Below, in pieces: positions 11,833-23,700 of a stretch of DNA of 64,000 bases; position 1 is the stretch's first letter, and the number at the start of each line of letters is the position of its first letter. The notes under the pieces were generated by a model. The model was given only the letters and a program-made list of their open reading frames with translations, was not told the origin of the DNA and did not search any database. Origin of the DNA: the human T2T-CHM13v2.0 reference genome, Homo sapiens; assembly GCF_009914755.1 (NCBI RefSeq), contig NC_060935.1, one strand, 5' to 3'. Position numbers and translations under genes: made by a program.

Positions 11833-14800
11833 AATGGGAAGTCAGTCACAGAAATACGGCATTTGCCAAATGAGAAATTTGGAGTAGAGCCCCTAGAGAA
11901 GCAAAGGGCTTCTGTTTCTTGTAGTTTTCTGGAATTTAAAGGAGTTTCATGCCCTTTACCCCTCCTCCCTACTCAAAGCCTTTATAGGTGAATCATGGGG
12001 CCTCATCATAGGTAAACAGGCAAGAGGTTCTCTTGATGGTGTGAATAGTTGGAGAGGTATCAAAGTGTTAAGAGAGAGAGGATGTCACTGCTCCTCATGG
12101 GACCAGCTAATGCAAACTTCACGGTTTAATATATTATAATGGGACCATAGCTAATGCAAACTTCAGGGTTTAATATAATTTTGAAAAATAAACTATATGC
12201 ACTGGATTGACATATCAAACCAAATTAATAAGTGTTAAACATCTCCCATGTTCAGGGCTAATATATAGATAATACTATGTAATGGGAACTTAAATTAATT
12301 AAAGCAACTCTGGCCTCCCTAGAAGTTGTTATCAAAAAATCCACATTCTAATAGTGGGAATTCCATGGAACCTAGTGAACAACACATCAGAATAGGCTAT
12401 GGGATTCTAAGATGCTCTTTCAGCTTTGCTGGAGGGCTTCATCTAAGGTGACTGGGCACTTTTATTTAAGGAGTTTTAAGTTCATTTTCTCCAAATGAGC
12501 ACTGGTTAGCTTTATGACACACCAGCTGGGATCTCATATACTATTCTTTCTGCAACTAAACTGTCCCCAGGTACCAGGAAAGTATAGTACAAATGAATTT
12601 TTATTGACACTAATACCCAGATCCTGGTGACTTTCAGTCCACATTGCCCCATGAAGGACTTCCACGTCTGCCCTCCCCTAGTCTTCCCCAATTATTCCCC
12701 AGTTCTCACTGGTACCATCCAGATGCTTTCACTGGTGGCCTTCATGAGGAGGCAAATCTCTTGAAGACTGCCTCCTTTGCTCTCACTGCCCTGGGCTGTC
12801 AGAGCAGCAAAGCTGCCCTCAGGTTAATGACCCTGAGAGTCTAGGGGCCAGGGAGGAGAACTGGCTTCTCAAGTCTGGAGGGCTCACCTCAGCCTGAGAC
12901 CACCCCGCCTTAGTCCAGACACAGACTTTCAGGATGAGCAAATCCTTCTGGCCTCTCTCCTATGGGCCTCAAAACCAATCCCTCCGGACCCTGAGGTCTA
13001 AGGGCGCAGGGATCACGTCACAACCAAACCACCCATTTCTTACTGCTTTTTCTCCTTCACTCATCCTCTCTTGCATAAAATCCCTTCCCCTTTCTTCAGC
13101 AAAAGCCACAAAGACCCAGGCTTATCTAAACTGCAGAGAGGTCACCAACTAGATTTTTCTTAAGCAGCTACATTGAATCCCAGCTTGACCTAGCTGGCGG
13201 CACCCAAAGACAATTTGAACTGAGCCTCTGAACTTTAGTGTGGAGGTATGGTCTAAATCACCTGTTTCACTCTGATCAGCCTATAGATCTTGGACTGGTG
13301 TGAGAGCCACCAATGGATCTGTGAGGGCTACATGTGGATTGGTGAGGGCTTCCAACTGGCTGCCTGAAGTTCTGGGGTGTCGGGAGGGCCAGGGGTAATA
13401 GGACACCTCCTTCTTTAGGACTGAGGACCTCTAACCTCCTGACCCCTGTCCAGAAAGAATTTCCTATTTCTAATACTTGTAGGCAGCCTCTTTCTATTTC
13501 AGCTCACCATAGCTCAATCTGCCTCTCAAGCAGCTCATGCCTTACTCTGCTTTAGGATTTGTGTGAACAGCCTCTACATATACACTACTTGATTATATAG
13601 TTCACAGTGCAAGAATCCATTCACTAGGCTGAAGCTCTGCTTATGGCCATTGTTGAGCAGCAGTTGTTCATTTCACTTAAGTTCTGTTCAATTTGGTTGT
13701 GCCCATTTGTGGCCAGCTCTTCTGGAATGTGACAGGAGAAACTGAGCTCATGCTGTAGCGCAACATTCACCCCTCCCTCCCCACGGCCCCCCAGCACCCT
13801 GGCCGTGTCCTGGCAGTCGACTCCCATATAAACTCACCCCCACCCCTGGGCCAGCTCTCTCAATTCTTTTGGATACAGAGGAATGCTCATTCTCCTGCTC
13901 AGCTGTGGTCTTGGAAATGCCTTGTGCCTCCTCCCACTATAGCTCCTGGCTGCCCTCCCTAGGCCTGGTGCCTAAGGCCCCTCCTTCCTCCTAACCAGGA
14001 GCTCCCACCTGGCCCTCTGACAGGAAGGTGAGAAATGCCCAAGTAAATCAACAGAGACTCTCAAATTGGCAAACAGCTTTATTTTCTTTTTAGAATTCCA
14101 ATACCTAGTTTGGTGAGACAGGAGGTTTCATGAGCTGCCTGTGGGAGGGTAAGTTGTTTCATCACTTCTGGAAGGCAATTTGGCTAAGTGTCAAGCACTG
14201 CTAAAATATTCACATCCCTTAATCCAGCAATTTTTCTTTAGAGCAAGTTTCCTGCAATTCACAGGGGAAAACAGAAAGAAATTTTAAAAGGCACTCAACC
14301 TCACTAGGAATAAAGAAAATGCAAATCAAAACACCAAGATTTTTTTTTAAGCACTGGATTGGGAGAAATGTAAAAGGTTGATAAGGTGGTTAAGGGTGTG
14401 GGGATATGGGCATTTTAACACACTGCTTCTCTGAATATGAACTGGCCCAGCATTTCAGGAAAATCACTTGGTATAATATATTAAAATTAAAAATGTACAT
14501 CCCCTTTGGACAAATAATCCCAATTCTCCGGACTACCTTAAAGAATTAAAAAACATCAGCACATAAAGGTACATGTGGATGTTTAATGCAACATTATTAG
14601 AAACTTAGAAACTCCCCAAACTTATAAACATGTATTTCTATTTATGGGATACAACTTAACAAATTATGGTACATTCATATTATGGACTATTATACAGTTA
14701 TTTAAAAAGAATTAGTGCTATATCTTTTGCCCTGGAGCATTGCTTGATATATATTCAGTGAAAATAATTTCAGAGAAACTAGTATTGTTAAGACTACATT

Positions 14801-15164
14801 TTTACTAAAAATAAAAACCATTCAATGTTTCACTTATTTTTTAAACAAATGTTTATTAAGGCCTAGCTAGCTCTGTGCCAGGCACTAGAGATTAAGTAGT
14901 AAAGAACACAGGATTCTCATTTTCCTATGTACTATTTAAGCAAAGAAAATGCATAGAAAGAAAATATACCTCAAGAAATTATAGAAGGAAAGGAAGGAAA
15001 AAGTCTCACTTTTCTTTTACATTCCTGCATGGCTTGAATTGTTTACGTGAACCTGTATGACTTTTGTTGTTAAATTTTAAAATTCACACACAGGCAGAAA
15101 AAAAAAATCTGTATCCTAATGAAATCATCAGAGAGGTACCTGGGACTTATGTACAAGGAGACAC

Positions 15165-15420
15165 TGTCAGATAGTGGTTATGAGCGTGGCTTTGGAGTTA
15201 GAGCCTAGTGTGGTTGCTTCTCTGCCACGGACTCAGCTGTGTGATCCTGAGTAAGTTGTTTGACTTTTCTGTGTCTCAGTTTCCTTCTCAATAGAAGGAA
15301 AATCACAATAATGCTCAGCTTGAAGTATGATGAGTGTGAGGATTAAATGAGATGATGGTGTCAGCATAGCATTTACTATAATGTCTGGCATATAGTAAAT
15401 GCTTAATAAATGGTAGCTAA
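15165..15420 (+). mobile_element. MIR SINE, full length
   Basis: atagtggttatgagcgtggctttggagttaga...tctcagtttcct...gtgaggattaaatgaga...tggcatatagtaaatgcttaataaatgg. Confidence 0.9.
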
Positions 15421-15596
15421 AAAGGTATGAGGATGTTTATCTTAGTATTATTTAAAATGGCAACAAACAAATGTCTTATAACTGCTATATAAATAATGAA
15501 CATTATCTGTGTGGAGTACCTATGAAGACAATAAAATCACATTTTTAAAGAATTTTTAATGAAATGAGAAAACCAATTATAATTTTGTAGTGAACA

Positions 15597-15682
15597 AAAC
15601 ATATATATATTACTTCTATATATTAATATATATAAAACATATATTACCTAATATATATAAAACATATATATATATTACTTAC
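15597..15682. repeat. AT-rich degenerate (TA)n / short tandem repeat
   Basis: Repeated aaaacatatat...tattac units. Confidence 0.8.
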
Positions 15683-16067
15683 TGTAATTCCCATTTCCAT
15701 AAAACATATTTTTGTGTATATGTATAGGAAGAAGCCTTGGCAAGAAATGTCCAGGATATTAACAAGTTTTCTGAAGCTTTTATAATTTCCCCTTGTCTAT
15801 TTTCCAAATGACAAGGAGTAAAACCTTTTAAAGAGAAAAGAGCCTCTGTGCTTGCCTCCAAGCTCAGAAGATGGGAAAGGGCAGGTTTTCCAGCTTCCAT
15901 TTTCCTTCACCTGGTTGAGGAGGAAAATCCCAGGTGACACAGGAATTGTGGCACTGTTAAATTGGGAAGGAAGGCAGACTGCGTCTAAAGACAGAGGTCA
16001 GCCTAAGCCAGAAGAGGAGGGAAACTCAGAAGGGCTTACGTGAGCAAGTAGAGATTCTGATTTAGCA

Positions 16068-16420
16068 ATCAGAACCTCTGAACTGGAAGGGAATTTGGAA
16101 ATTATCGAATTCCTTGCTTCTCAAAGTGTGGTATGTGGATCACCCAGGGCTTTTAAAAATTCAGAATCTCCAGTTTTACCGTAAATCTAATATATCAGAA
16201 TTTGCATTCTAACAAGATTCCCAGGTGGTTCTTTTGCACATTGCAGCTTGAGAAGCAAAAGACATTCCTGTGATTTATAATATTAAGATGGGGAATCCGC
16301 AACCCTTAAGAGGCAAAATGATGAGTTCAAGGCCACATAGCCATTTTAGTGGTAAAAACTGGACCAGAAAACATGTCTTTTAACCCCCGACCCATTGTTT
16401 TCTCACTGTGTCTTGCTGCC
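16068..16420 (-). mobile_element. MIR3/MIRc interrupted by MER5
   Basis: tcagaacctctgaactggaagggaatttggaa...tcaaggccacatagc...ttttctcactgtgtcttgctgcc. Confidence 0.65.
16114..16258. mobile_element. MER5A1-like hAT-Charlie MITE
   Basis: Terminal inverted repeats ttgcttctcaa / ttgagaagcaa; tcagaatttgcattctaacaagattcccaggtg. Confidence 0.85.
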
Positions 16421-17614
16421 TGTCACTACATCGCCCAGCTATTCACCCTATTTGGTATATATTATGTGGTACTTCTTCCCAAGCCTTTTCCATTTCAGTA
16501 ATTTTCACAGGTATGTATTTTATTCATTATGACTTTATTGCACTGAGACAAATTATTTTTGCTATGTAGTGATGGGTGAACTCAAGGTCAGCTGCCATTG
16601 CTAGCATTATTGAAAGTGCCTTGGTCTAACTCCTTGGAAGCTTTTTAAATGTTTGTTGCAATTGGTCTTTAGCCTCTTATAAATTTGCTGTCGCCAGATC
16701 CAAGTGAAATCATGGTCCAAAAGACAATTGAATGGCTCAGAATTTCTGACCTCAGACTCAGCACAAACACCTTCCCCATCCTACTCTTCCCTTTGTTCTG
16801 TGTTCCACCTTGCTTCTGCTCCCAATCTCTTTTGTTCTCTTTCACTTTTATCAAAGGCTTAATTATGCGCCAGGATTTTGATCACAGATTTATTAAATGT
16901 TTAAGTATATGTCCCTTGAATGATAGTTTCTCAGTAATGAGGTGCATTCAGAAGGAGAAGAGCAGGTCAAGCATGGGTGTAATTTGGCAGAGTTTGACAT
17001 CAGCCATTTCATCTCTGACAGGGTTAATCACAGCTTTAGTTTTTCAAGACCTGGACTTGCTGGACTGTGCCTGCCAAGGTCACTTGGGGTGTTCCAAATT
17101 AATTTTAAAGACACATGGCTGCTTGGAGTTCACTGAGTTAGCTCACAATATTTTTTTTAAATTACTCATTTTGTTTCCCCTCAAATTAGGAACAAAAATA
17201 TAAATTACCTTGAAATGGCTAGAAAATAATACGCCATTCTAACAGAAAAATAAAATGAATAGATATTGTATTTACAAGGCAAGGCAAATTCTTAGAGAAA
17301 ATCTGCCTTTTTGAAGACAACATACAGGGCATGTTGGAAAAATTGCTGAATATTGAGTTAATCCTATTCAATAAGGATTTAATTGGTACCTCTTCTGTAT
17401 AAGGCATGTTTTAGATATTGTAGGGATTCTAAAAATAGCTCTCTGATGGAGTGTATAGTGTAAGCATAAGAATAAGGATAAGAGAAACAGTCAACATCTG
17501 TCATTTCAGGAAGAATATCAGAATCATGAGAGGTCTACATTCTATGGGGGTTTGTCCACAGAGTTCAACTGTATGTGAAAGGCCAGAAGTGGTAGTATTC
17601 AAGAAGAGCTTTTT

Positions 17615-17907
17615 GCCGGGCGCGGTGGCTCACGCCTGTAGTCCCAGCACTTTGGGAGGCTGAGGCAGGTGGATCACGAGGTCAGGAGATCCAGACCATC
17701 CTGGCCAACACGGTGAAACCCTGTCTCTACTAAAAATACAAAAAATTAGCTGGGCATGGTGGCGGGCACCTGTAGTCCCAGCTACTTGGGAGGCTGAGGC
17801 AGGAGAATGGTATGAACCCGGCCGGGAGGTGGAGCTTGCAGTGAGCCGAGATCGCGCCACTGCAGTCCAGCCTGGGCGACAGAGCAAGACTCTGTCTGAA
17901 AAAAAAA
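17615..17907 (+). mobile_element. AluY
   Basis: gagaatggtatgaacccg, ggagcttgcagtgagccgagatcgcgcc; perfect 14-bp TSD aagaagagcttttt (17601-17614, 17908-17921). Confidence 0.95.
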
Positions 17908-18020
17908 AAGAAGAGCTTTTTAAATATAGACTGTGTAACAACTTTCCACCTTATTTATAAACCTAAAAAAGTCACAACTGTAACATGTATACTTCCTAAT
18001 AAGTTAAGTCAATCAGAAGT

Positions 18021-18463
18021 TGTGATGTTTAATACTGAATATCAACTTTATTGGATCGAAGGTTGCAAAGTACTGATCCTGGGTGTGTCTGTGAGGGTGC
18101 TGCCAAAGGAGATTAACATTTGAGTCAGTGGGCTGGAAAAGGCAGACCCAGCCTTAATCTGGGTGGGCACCATCTAATCAGCTGCCAACATGGCTAGAAT
18201 ATAAAGCAGGCAGAAAACTGTGAAAAGACTAGACAGGCCTAGCCTCCCAGCCTACATCTTTATCCCAAGCTGCATGCTTCCTGCCCTCGAACATCGGACT
18301 CCAAGTTCTTCAGTTTTGGGACTCAGACTGGCTTTCCTTGCTCCTCAGCTGGCAGAAGGCCTATTGTGGGACCTTGTGATTGTGTAAATTAATACTTAAT
18401 AAACTCCCCTTATATAGATATATCTATCCTATTAGTTCTGTCCTTCTAGAGAACCCTAATACA
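18021..18463 (+). mobile_element. MLT2A (HERV-L) solo LTR
   Basis: tgtgatgtttaatactga...ctagagaaccctaataca; 5-bp TSD GAAGT on both sides. Confidence 0.95.
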
Positions 18464-18835
18464 GAAGTATATAAAGAAAATATTAACTGTCTACCTTTTC
18501 CTCTCTCCAAGTCTACCTCTCCAAAACCAAAATAATCAATGTCAATTGTCAGGTATATCCTTCCTCCCTTATACATATACCACTGTCTCAAACTCAGCTG
18601 CTGCTGTTATTACTTGTGGGTATTTTTTAACCCAAATGGTATATCATGTATACTATTCTGCAATTTATTTTTCATTTCATAGAATCCCAAATATTTTCTC
18701 AGCTTAATACACATTGATTCAACTCATTCCTTCTAATAGATTCACAGTGTTTCCTAGAATGACTCTTCCAGGATTTGATCTACCATTCCCATAGTGATAG
18801 ACATTCAGATCGTTCCCAAGATTTTATTACATAAC
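18464..18835 (-). mobile_element. L1ME-type 3' fragment (host of the MLT2A)
   Basis: aaatggtatatcatgtatactattctgcaa...tcattccttctaatag...gatagacattcagatcgttccca. Confidence 0.65.
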
Positions 18836-19169
18836 GAGTTGAATTTTGACAGGAAGGGATGGAATCAAAGAGTCAAAAAGGCAAAGAAACATAAGTTTGG
18901 CTTAAAGTGGTCATTGTCCCAATAGTTTCTCTATAGTCATGGATTTGTTTGCTGCTGTGCTAATAGGGACCTTCTTGTTGGTCCCCCCTGGTTTCTGGAC
19001 TTTTCAGCTATCACTGACAATTCTCATAGGCCTTCTTGTATTTCATGCTATACCAGAGACCCATTATTCCCTCTTGTAATTATGTCTCCTTATTCTCACA
19101 CCCTGTTAAGGATCTGTGCATACCTCTTTCTCAGACAGCAGAGATCAATGGAACAAGTTACCTATCCCT

Positions 19170-19672
19170 GTAGTCACCACTGATTGAATTGTAGTGGACA
19201 CATGATCCAAGCTGACCAATCAGATTTTCCCTTCTGAAAATGAGAATTGGGACCTTGAGGTAGGGTGAGGACCATGTGAAGTGCTGAAACTGATAAGCAG
19301 TGTGCAGCTGAGGTAGGGCCTTGTTTGTGAGCCAAAAACTTACCAAAACAGAGAAACAGTGAAGGTCAGACTGCACAGAGAGTACAGAGAATGAAGCCAA
19401 GTGAGGGGAGAAAGAGACAGAAAGACAGACACAGAGAGAGAGAGAGAGAAAGAGAGAGAGAATCCTTCTTCACTTCCCATTGACTCTTCAATTCCTGGCT
19501 CCAGTTCCTTATGAGGACTGATGAAACTTTCTAACTGATGAAACTTTCTAATTCCATAAGACACTTCTAATAACTTCCTTTTGTATAAATAGGTTTGAGT
19601 GATTTTTGTTTTAATCTTTGATTGTTTGGTTTGTTTTTAGTAACTTGCAACCAAGTGATTCTTAACTAAAAC
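19170..19672 (+). mobile_element. MLT1 (J/K-like) MaLR LTR
   Basis: gacacatgatccaagctgaccaatcaga...gagaatgaagccaa...acttgcaaccaagtgattcttaactaa. Confidence 0.75.
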
Positions 19673-19999
19673 TTTTGGCCAGGAGTGGGGTTGAGGGAAA
19701 ATTATTCTCTCACCAAATTTAAGATGAAATAGAGAGAGCATAGCTATCTTACTTGGAGATGTGATAGCCTACTTTCTTTCTGTGTAGAGAGAGATATAAA
19801 TTGTGTGATCTATTAATAGCAGAATGCTTATCATATTGGATATATCCCCATAGTGTGAAAATTAATGTGTCTGTTTCAAATAAATGTTTTTCTAAGAGAT
19901 AGTGAAAAAAAAAAACTCAACACATTTTATTTAATGAACTTATTTGAGGCTGCACCTCTCGTGAGTATTGAGTCATCAGAAGAATCAGGACACCCATCC

Positions 20000-20200
20000 T
20001 GGTATCGTAGAAAGAGTGTGGACCTAGGAATCAGAGATGGCTGGCTCGTGTTCTGCCACATCTTAGTTGTGTGACCTTGGAAACTGGAACCTCAGTTCCT
20101 TTTCTGTAAACTGAGGACAATATATCAGGTTATGGGGGGATGGTAAGTGAAATAATGTATGTAATGCCTGGCACATGGTGAGCACTCAACAGTAATAATT
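20000..20200 (+). mobile_element. MIR SINE
   Basis: tgtgtgaccttgg...cctcagttcc...tgcctggcacatggtgagcactcaa. Confidence 0.8.
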
Positions 20201-20846
20201 CCATCCATCTCTCTCCTCCCCACCCCCCTAACTTGTCTGCCTCCTACTATCTAGGAATCAGGTCCCTTTGCTCCCCATCTTTTCTAAGGTTGAAGCCACT
20301 CATCTCTCCTCTGATGTCATGGAACAAGGTGCAGACCAAAGCTAATAGGAGACCATGGCATGCAGCCAGAGACAAAGATACCAGGAGAAAGTGACAGAGT
20401 CCTGAAGGGGTGGAGGAGAGGGGAAGGACTGCTTGTGTAGCCAAGATCCTTGGGCATATTGCTCACATTAAAAGCTATCAGGCTAAAAAATTTTTGGACC
20501 AACCATTGAGCTCTTTTACCACTCCAAAAACCAACTCTGCCAAATAATTAAAATGCCAGGTTGTTTGGAGACAAAGCCGTAGATAATGGCATGTAGCTGA
20601 TCCCTGAGCTGTTTGCTCATTAGCTAATGGTCGCTCCCTGAGCAATTTTCTAAGCTGACAGCTACAGGAACTTTAATTTAATGTTGATTAAATATGGCCA
20701 TATGCTGGAATTGTATCATTAAAGATTGACCAGTCCTCTCTCCAAACAGCTTACAAGCTAGAATGAGTAGATAAAAAGATATACACACACATACACATGC
20801 ACTTAAGGGACAATAAAAAAAAAAGCAGCTTTAAAAAATTAGGTCA

Positions 20847-21190
<344 letters not shown>

Positions 21191-21404
21191 TTAGCACCAT
21201 TGGTCTCTGCAGGAAAGGTGAAGATGTTTTTGTTTAATTTCAGGAACTTCAATTAAAAAAAAACCAAAAAGCCTCTGGAAGGACTACTACTGGCTAGGGT
21301 TGTCTAGGTAGGAGGTAGGACAACATAGGAGCTCTTTACCACACTCACATGTCCTGCTGGACTGAGTCATCCCTCATTAACATGGTTGATTGACTTGTTA
21401 CTTG

Positions 21405-21670
21405 ACTCATTCATTCATGCATGCATACAACAGTTTTGTATACCTACTATGTACCAGGCACTGAGGACACAAAGAACAAGAAGCCTTAAGTCGTCTTACC
21501 ATAGGGGTTTTCAGGGTAATGGGGGAAGACTAACATATGGACAGATAAGTTGCACTAAATTTTTGAGTTATAACAAAAGTGTAACTACGTTCTGAGAGAA
21601 CCTATAAGTCAGAGCTGTTAGGTTTGTTTAGGGGAATTCGAAGATTTTGTAAAGGTGACATGAGAGCTAA
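21405..21670 (-). mobile_element. L2 3' end
   Basis: tcattcattc...acctactatgtaccaggcactgagga. Confidence 0.7.
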
Positions 21671-21701
21671 CCATCTCATTGTATATGTTTAGAATTAAAT
21701 G

Positions 21702-21726
21702 GATAGATAGGTAGTTAGATAGATAG

Positions 21727-21771
<45 letters not shown>
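21702..21771. repeat. (GATA)n tetranucleotide STR with a pure (AGAT)11 core
   Basis: Seen directly; pure run 21727-21770. Confidence 0.97.
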
Positions 21772-21773
<2 letters not shown>

Positions 21774-22315
21774 TTAGAATTATTTATATATACAATTTAG
21801 AATTATCCATATATGTATACATATATTATATGTATACACACACACACACACACACGATGATGATACCCTTTTCCTTGCCACCTAGTGCATGTACAAATAC
21901 ATATGGTAAATAGAGGGGAGGAAAATGAAAGCAGAAACCTCAAGTATATTCACAATTGGGGTTCAGACACCGATGATCTGGAAGACCACATGCATGTGTG
22001 TGAATGAGCTCCCCTGGAAGCTAGATTTAAGGGCAACACTAGGACCCTGGAGAGAGAAGTCAACAGAATAAAAAGAGCTAGGCATGAGCAGCAAGACTCC
22101 ATGACAACCAGAGGTTCTGAGAGGAGAGGCGGTTCAGGTGGCCACGTGGAAGCACTTGGCAGTCTGGTTATCCAGAGATGCATGGACACACTGGGGAGGA
22201 AATGGACACGTATGTGGACATAACAAGATGATTCTTATCACCTGGAGGCTCAAGTGACCATGCTTTGGGCCCTCTTAACTTTGTGTGACACAAAAGGAAA
22301 GAACTTTCTACTTCA

Positions 22316-22339
22316 TACACACACACACACACACACACA
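22316..22339. repeat. (CA)n microsatellite
   Basis: Seen directly. Confidence 0.9.
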
Positions 22340-22815
22340 TGCACACGCACCCACATGACTGAGCACTCATGGAACCATGAAGTGAGACATTGATGTCCAG
22401 GAAAGATCAGCAGAAAGTCTTGCTGCAAGACTCCTTTAAAACACAAGATTCCCTACTGCCTCCAACTAAAGTCTCATTTATTCGACCATCTGATAAGCAT
22501 GTATCAAGTTCCTATTCTGTGCCGGTGATACTAAGTGTTTAAAAACACATCTATTGGCCACTCACCCTTTCTCTCCTTGGTCTAAGCAAAGACACATGGA
22601 GGCAAAATGGCACCGTTGGGCCCCTTCCTTATTACATGAGATGGGAACAGATTTGAAATGGGGAAGACATTGATTTCTGTGGAGGAAGATATGAAATCAT
22701 TGTTACTGGAGCGGGGAACTGAATGGGAACCATTCCTCATGCAACTGGGGCAATAAGGCAGGTGGACCAGACAGGAAGAAGGGGAGCCCTGAAGAAAAGA
22801 TTGTAAAAGGGAAGT

Positions 22816-23040
22816 GTAGCATAGCATAGCATAGCATAGCATAGCATAGCATAGCATAGCATAGCATAGCATAGCATAGCATCGCATCGCATCGCATCGC
22901 ATCGCATCGCATCGCATCGCATCGCATCGCATCGCATCGCATCGCACCGCACAGCACAGCACAGCACAGCACAGCACAGCACAGCACAGCACAGCACAGC
23001 ACAGCACAGCACAGCACAGCACAGCATAGCATAGCATAGG
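22816..23040. repeat. Compound pentanucleotide array GTAGC(ATAGC)12(ATCGC)13 ACCGC (ACAGC)15(ATAGC)2 ATAGG
   Basis: Counted directly: 45 in-phase 5-bp units. Confidence 0.98.
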
Positions 23041-23210
23041 GGCTTAAAGAAACCTGCCATCAGACAGCCTGGATTTGAATTCCAGCCCTACCAGTGATAT
23101 TGGGCTTGTTACTTGACTTTGTTTTACCTCGATTCCCTCATCTCTAAAATGGAGATGTCAATTAAACTTACAGTATTTATACTATTTTGTAAGGTTGAAA
23201 TGCATGTAGG
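23036..23210 (+). mobile_element. MIR SINE whose 5' end seeded the pentanucleotide array
   Basis: tcagacagcctggatttgaattccagccctacca...cctcatctctaaaatggagat. Confidence 0.8.
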
Positions 23211-23292
23211 CCACTACTTAATATTTTCAGGGCAAAACAATCTCATTTTACATTTCCCAAACCCAAATTTTTATTGTGAAAAATTTCAAGGC

Positions 23293-23700
23293 TGCAATGG
23301 GTGTCATCCTGTGTCACCCAGATCCGCCATTGAAAACTGAAGGGTTTATTCTCCCAGCTGCTGGGTGTTGTCACCATTGCCTTACTCAAGGTCATGCTCT
23401 CTTCCCAGGGCAGTCCCTATCCAATGATGTTTGACACCCAAGGTTGGAGGTTGCAGGGAACAATGGCCCTGTCCTCTCACCCTAACATGGGCCAACAAAG
23501 AAGGGCCCTCCCGGCCCAAAACCCTCCATGGATCAGCCCAGCTGAACCCTTGTATTTGCAGCACAGTCCAACTTCTTCCTCTGCCCAATCCTGATTCCTT
23601 TCTTACCCCGACCATACTGATCCTGAGAGCATTCTCTAATAAACCTGCAAATTAATTGCCATCTCAGAATTGGCTTCCTGGAGAAAGTGACTTTTAGTCA
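23293..23700 (+). mobile_element. LTR16-family ERVL solo LTR
   Basis: TG...CA ends; cagggcagtccctatccaatga; ctgcccaatcctg; ctAATAAAcctgca...catctcagaattggcttcctggagaa. Confidence 0.8.

Larger units (their letters stand above)
14140..15830 (+). mobile_element. Nested old L1ME fragments (outer ~14140-14250 and ~15105-15830; inner ~14285-15085)
   Basis: ctggaaggcaatttggc...ccagcaatt resumes at tatcctaatgaaatcatcaga...tatgtacaagga; inner ctcaacctcactagg...aaatgcaaatcaaaac...ttatggtacattcat. Confidence 0.65.

Noticed and set aside
16685-17203. 172-aa ORF in unique sequence
   Set aside because: TTG start, no recognisable domain, and composition typical of random AT-rich DNA. No supporting exon structure.
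22816-23040. Array considered as CRISPR-like or as a Cys-rich (keratin-associated/metallothionein-like) gene
   Set aside because: There are no spacers, and the peptide periodicity is just the translation of a 5-bp unit.
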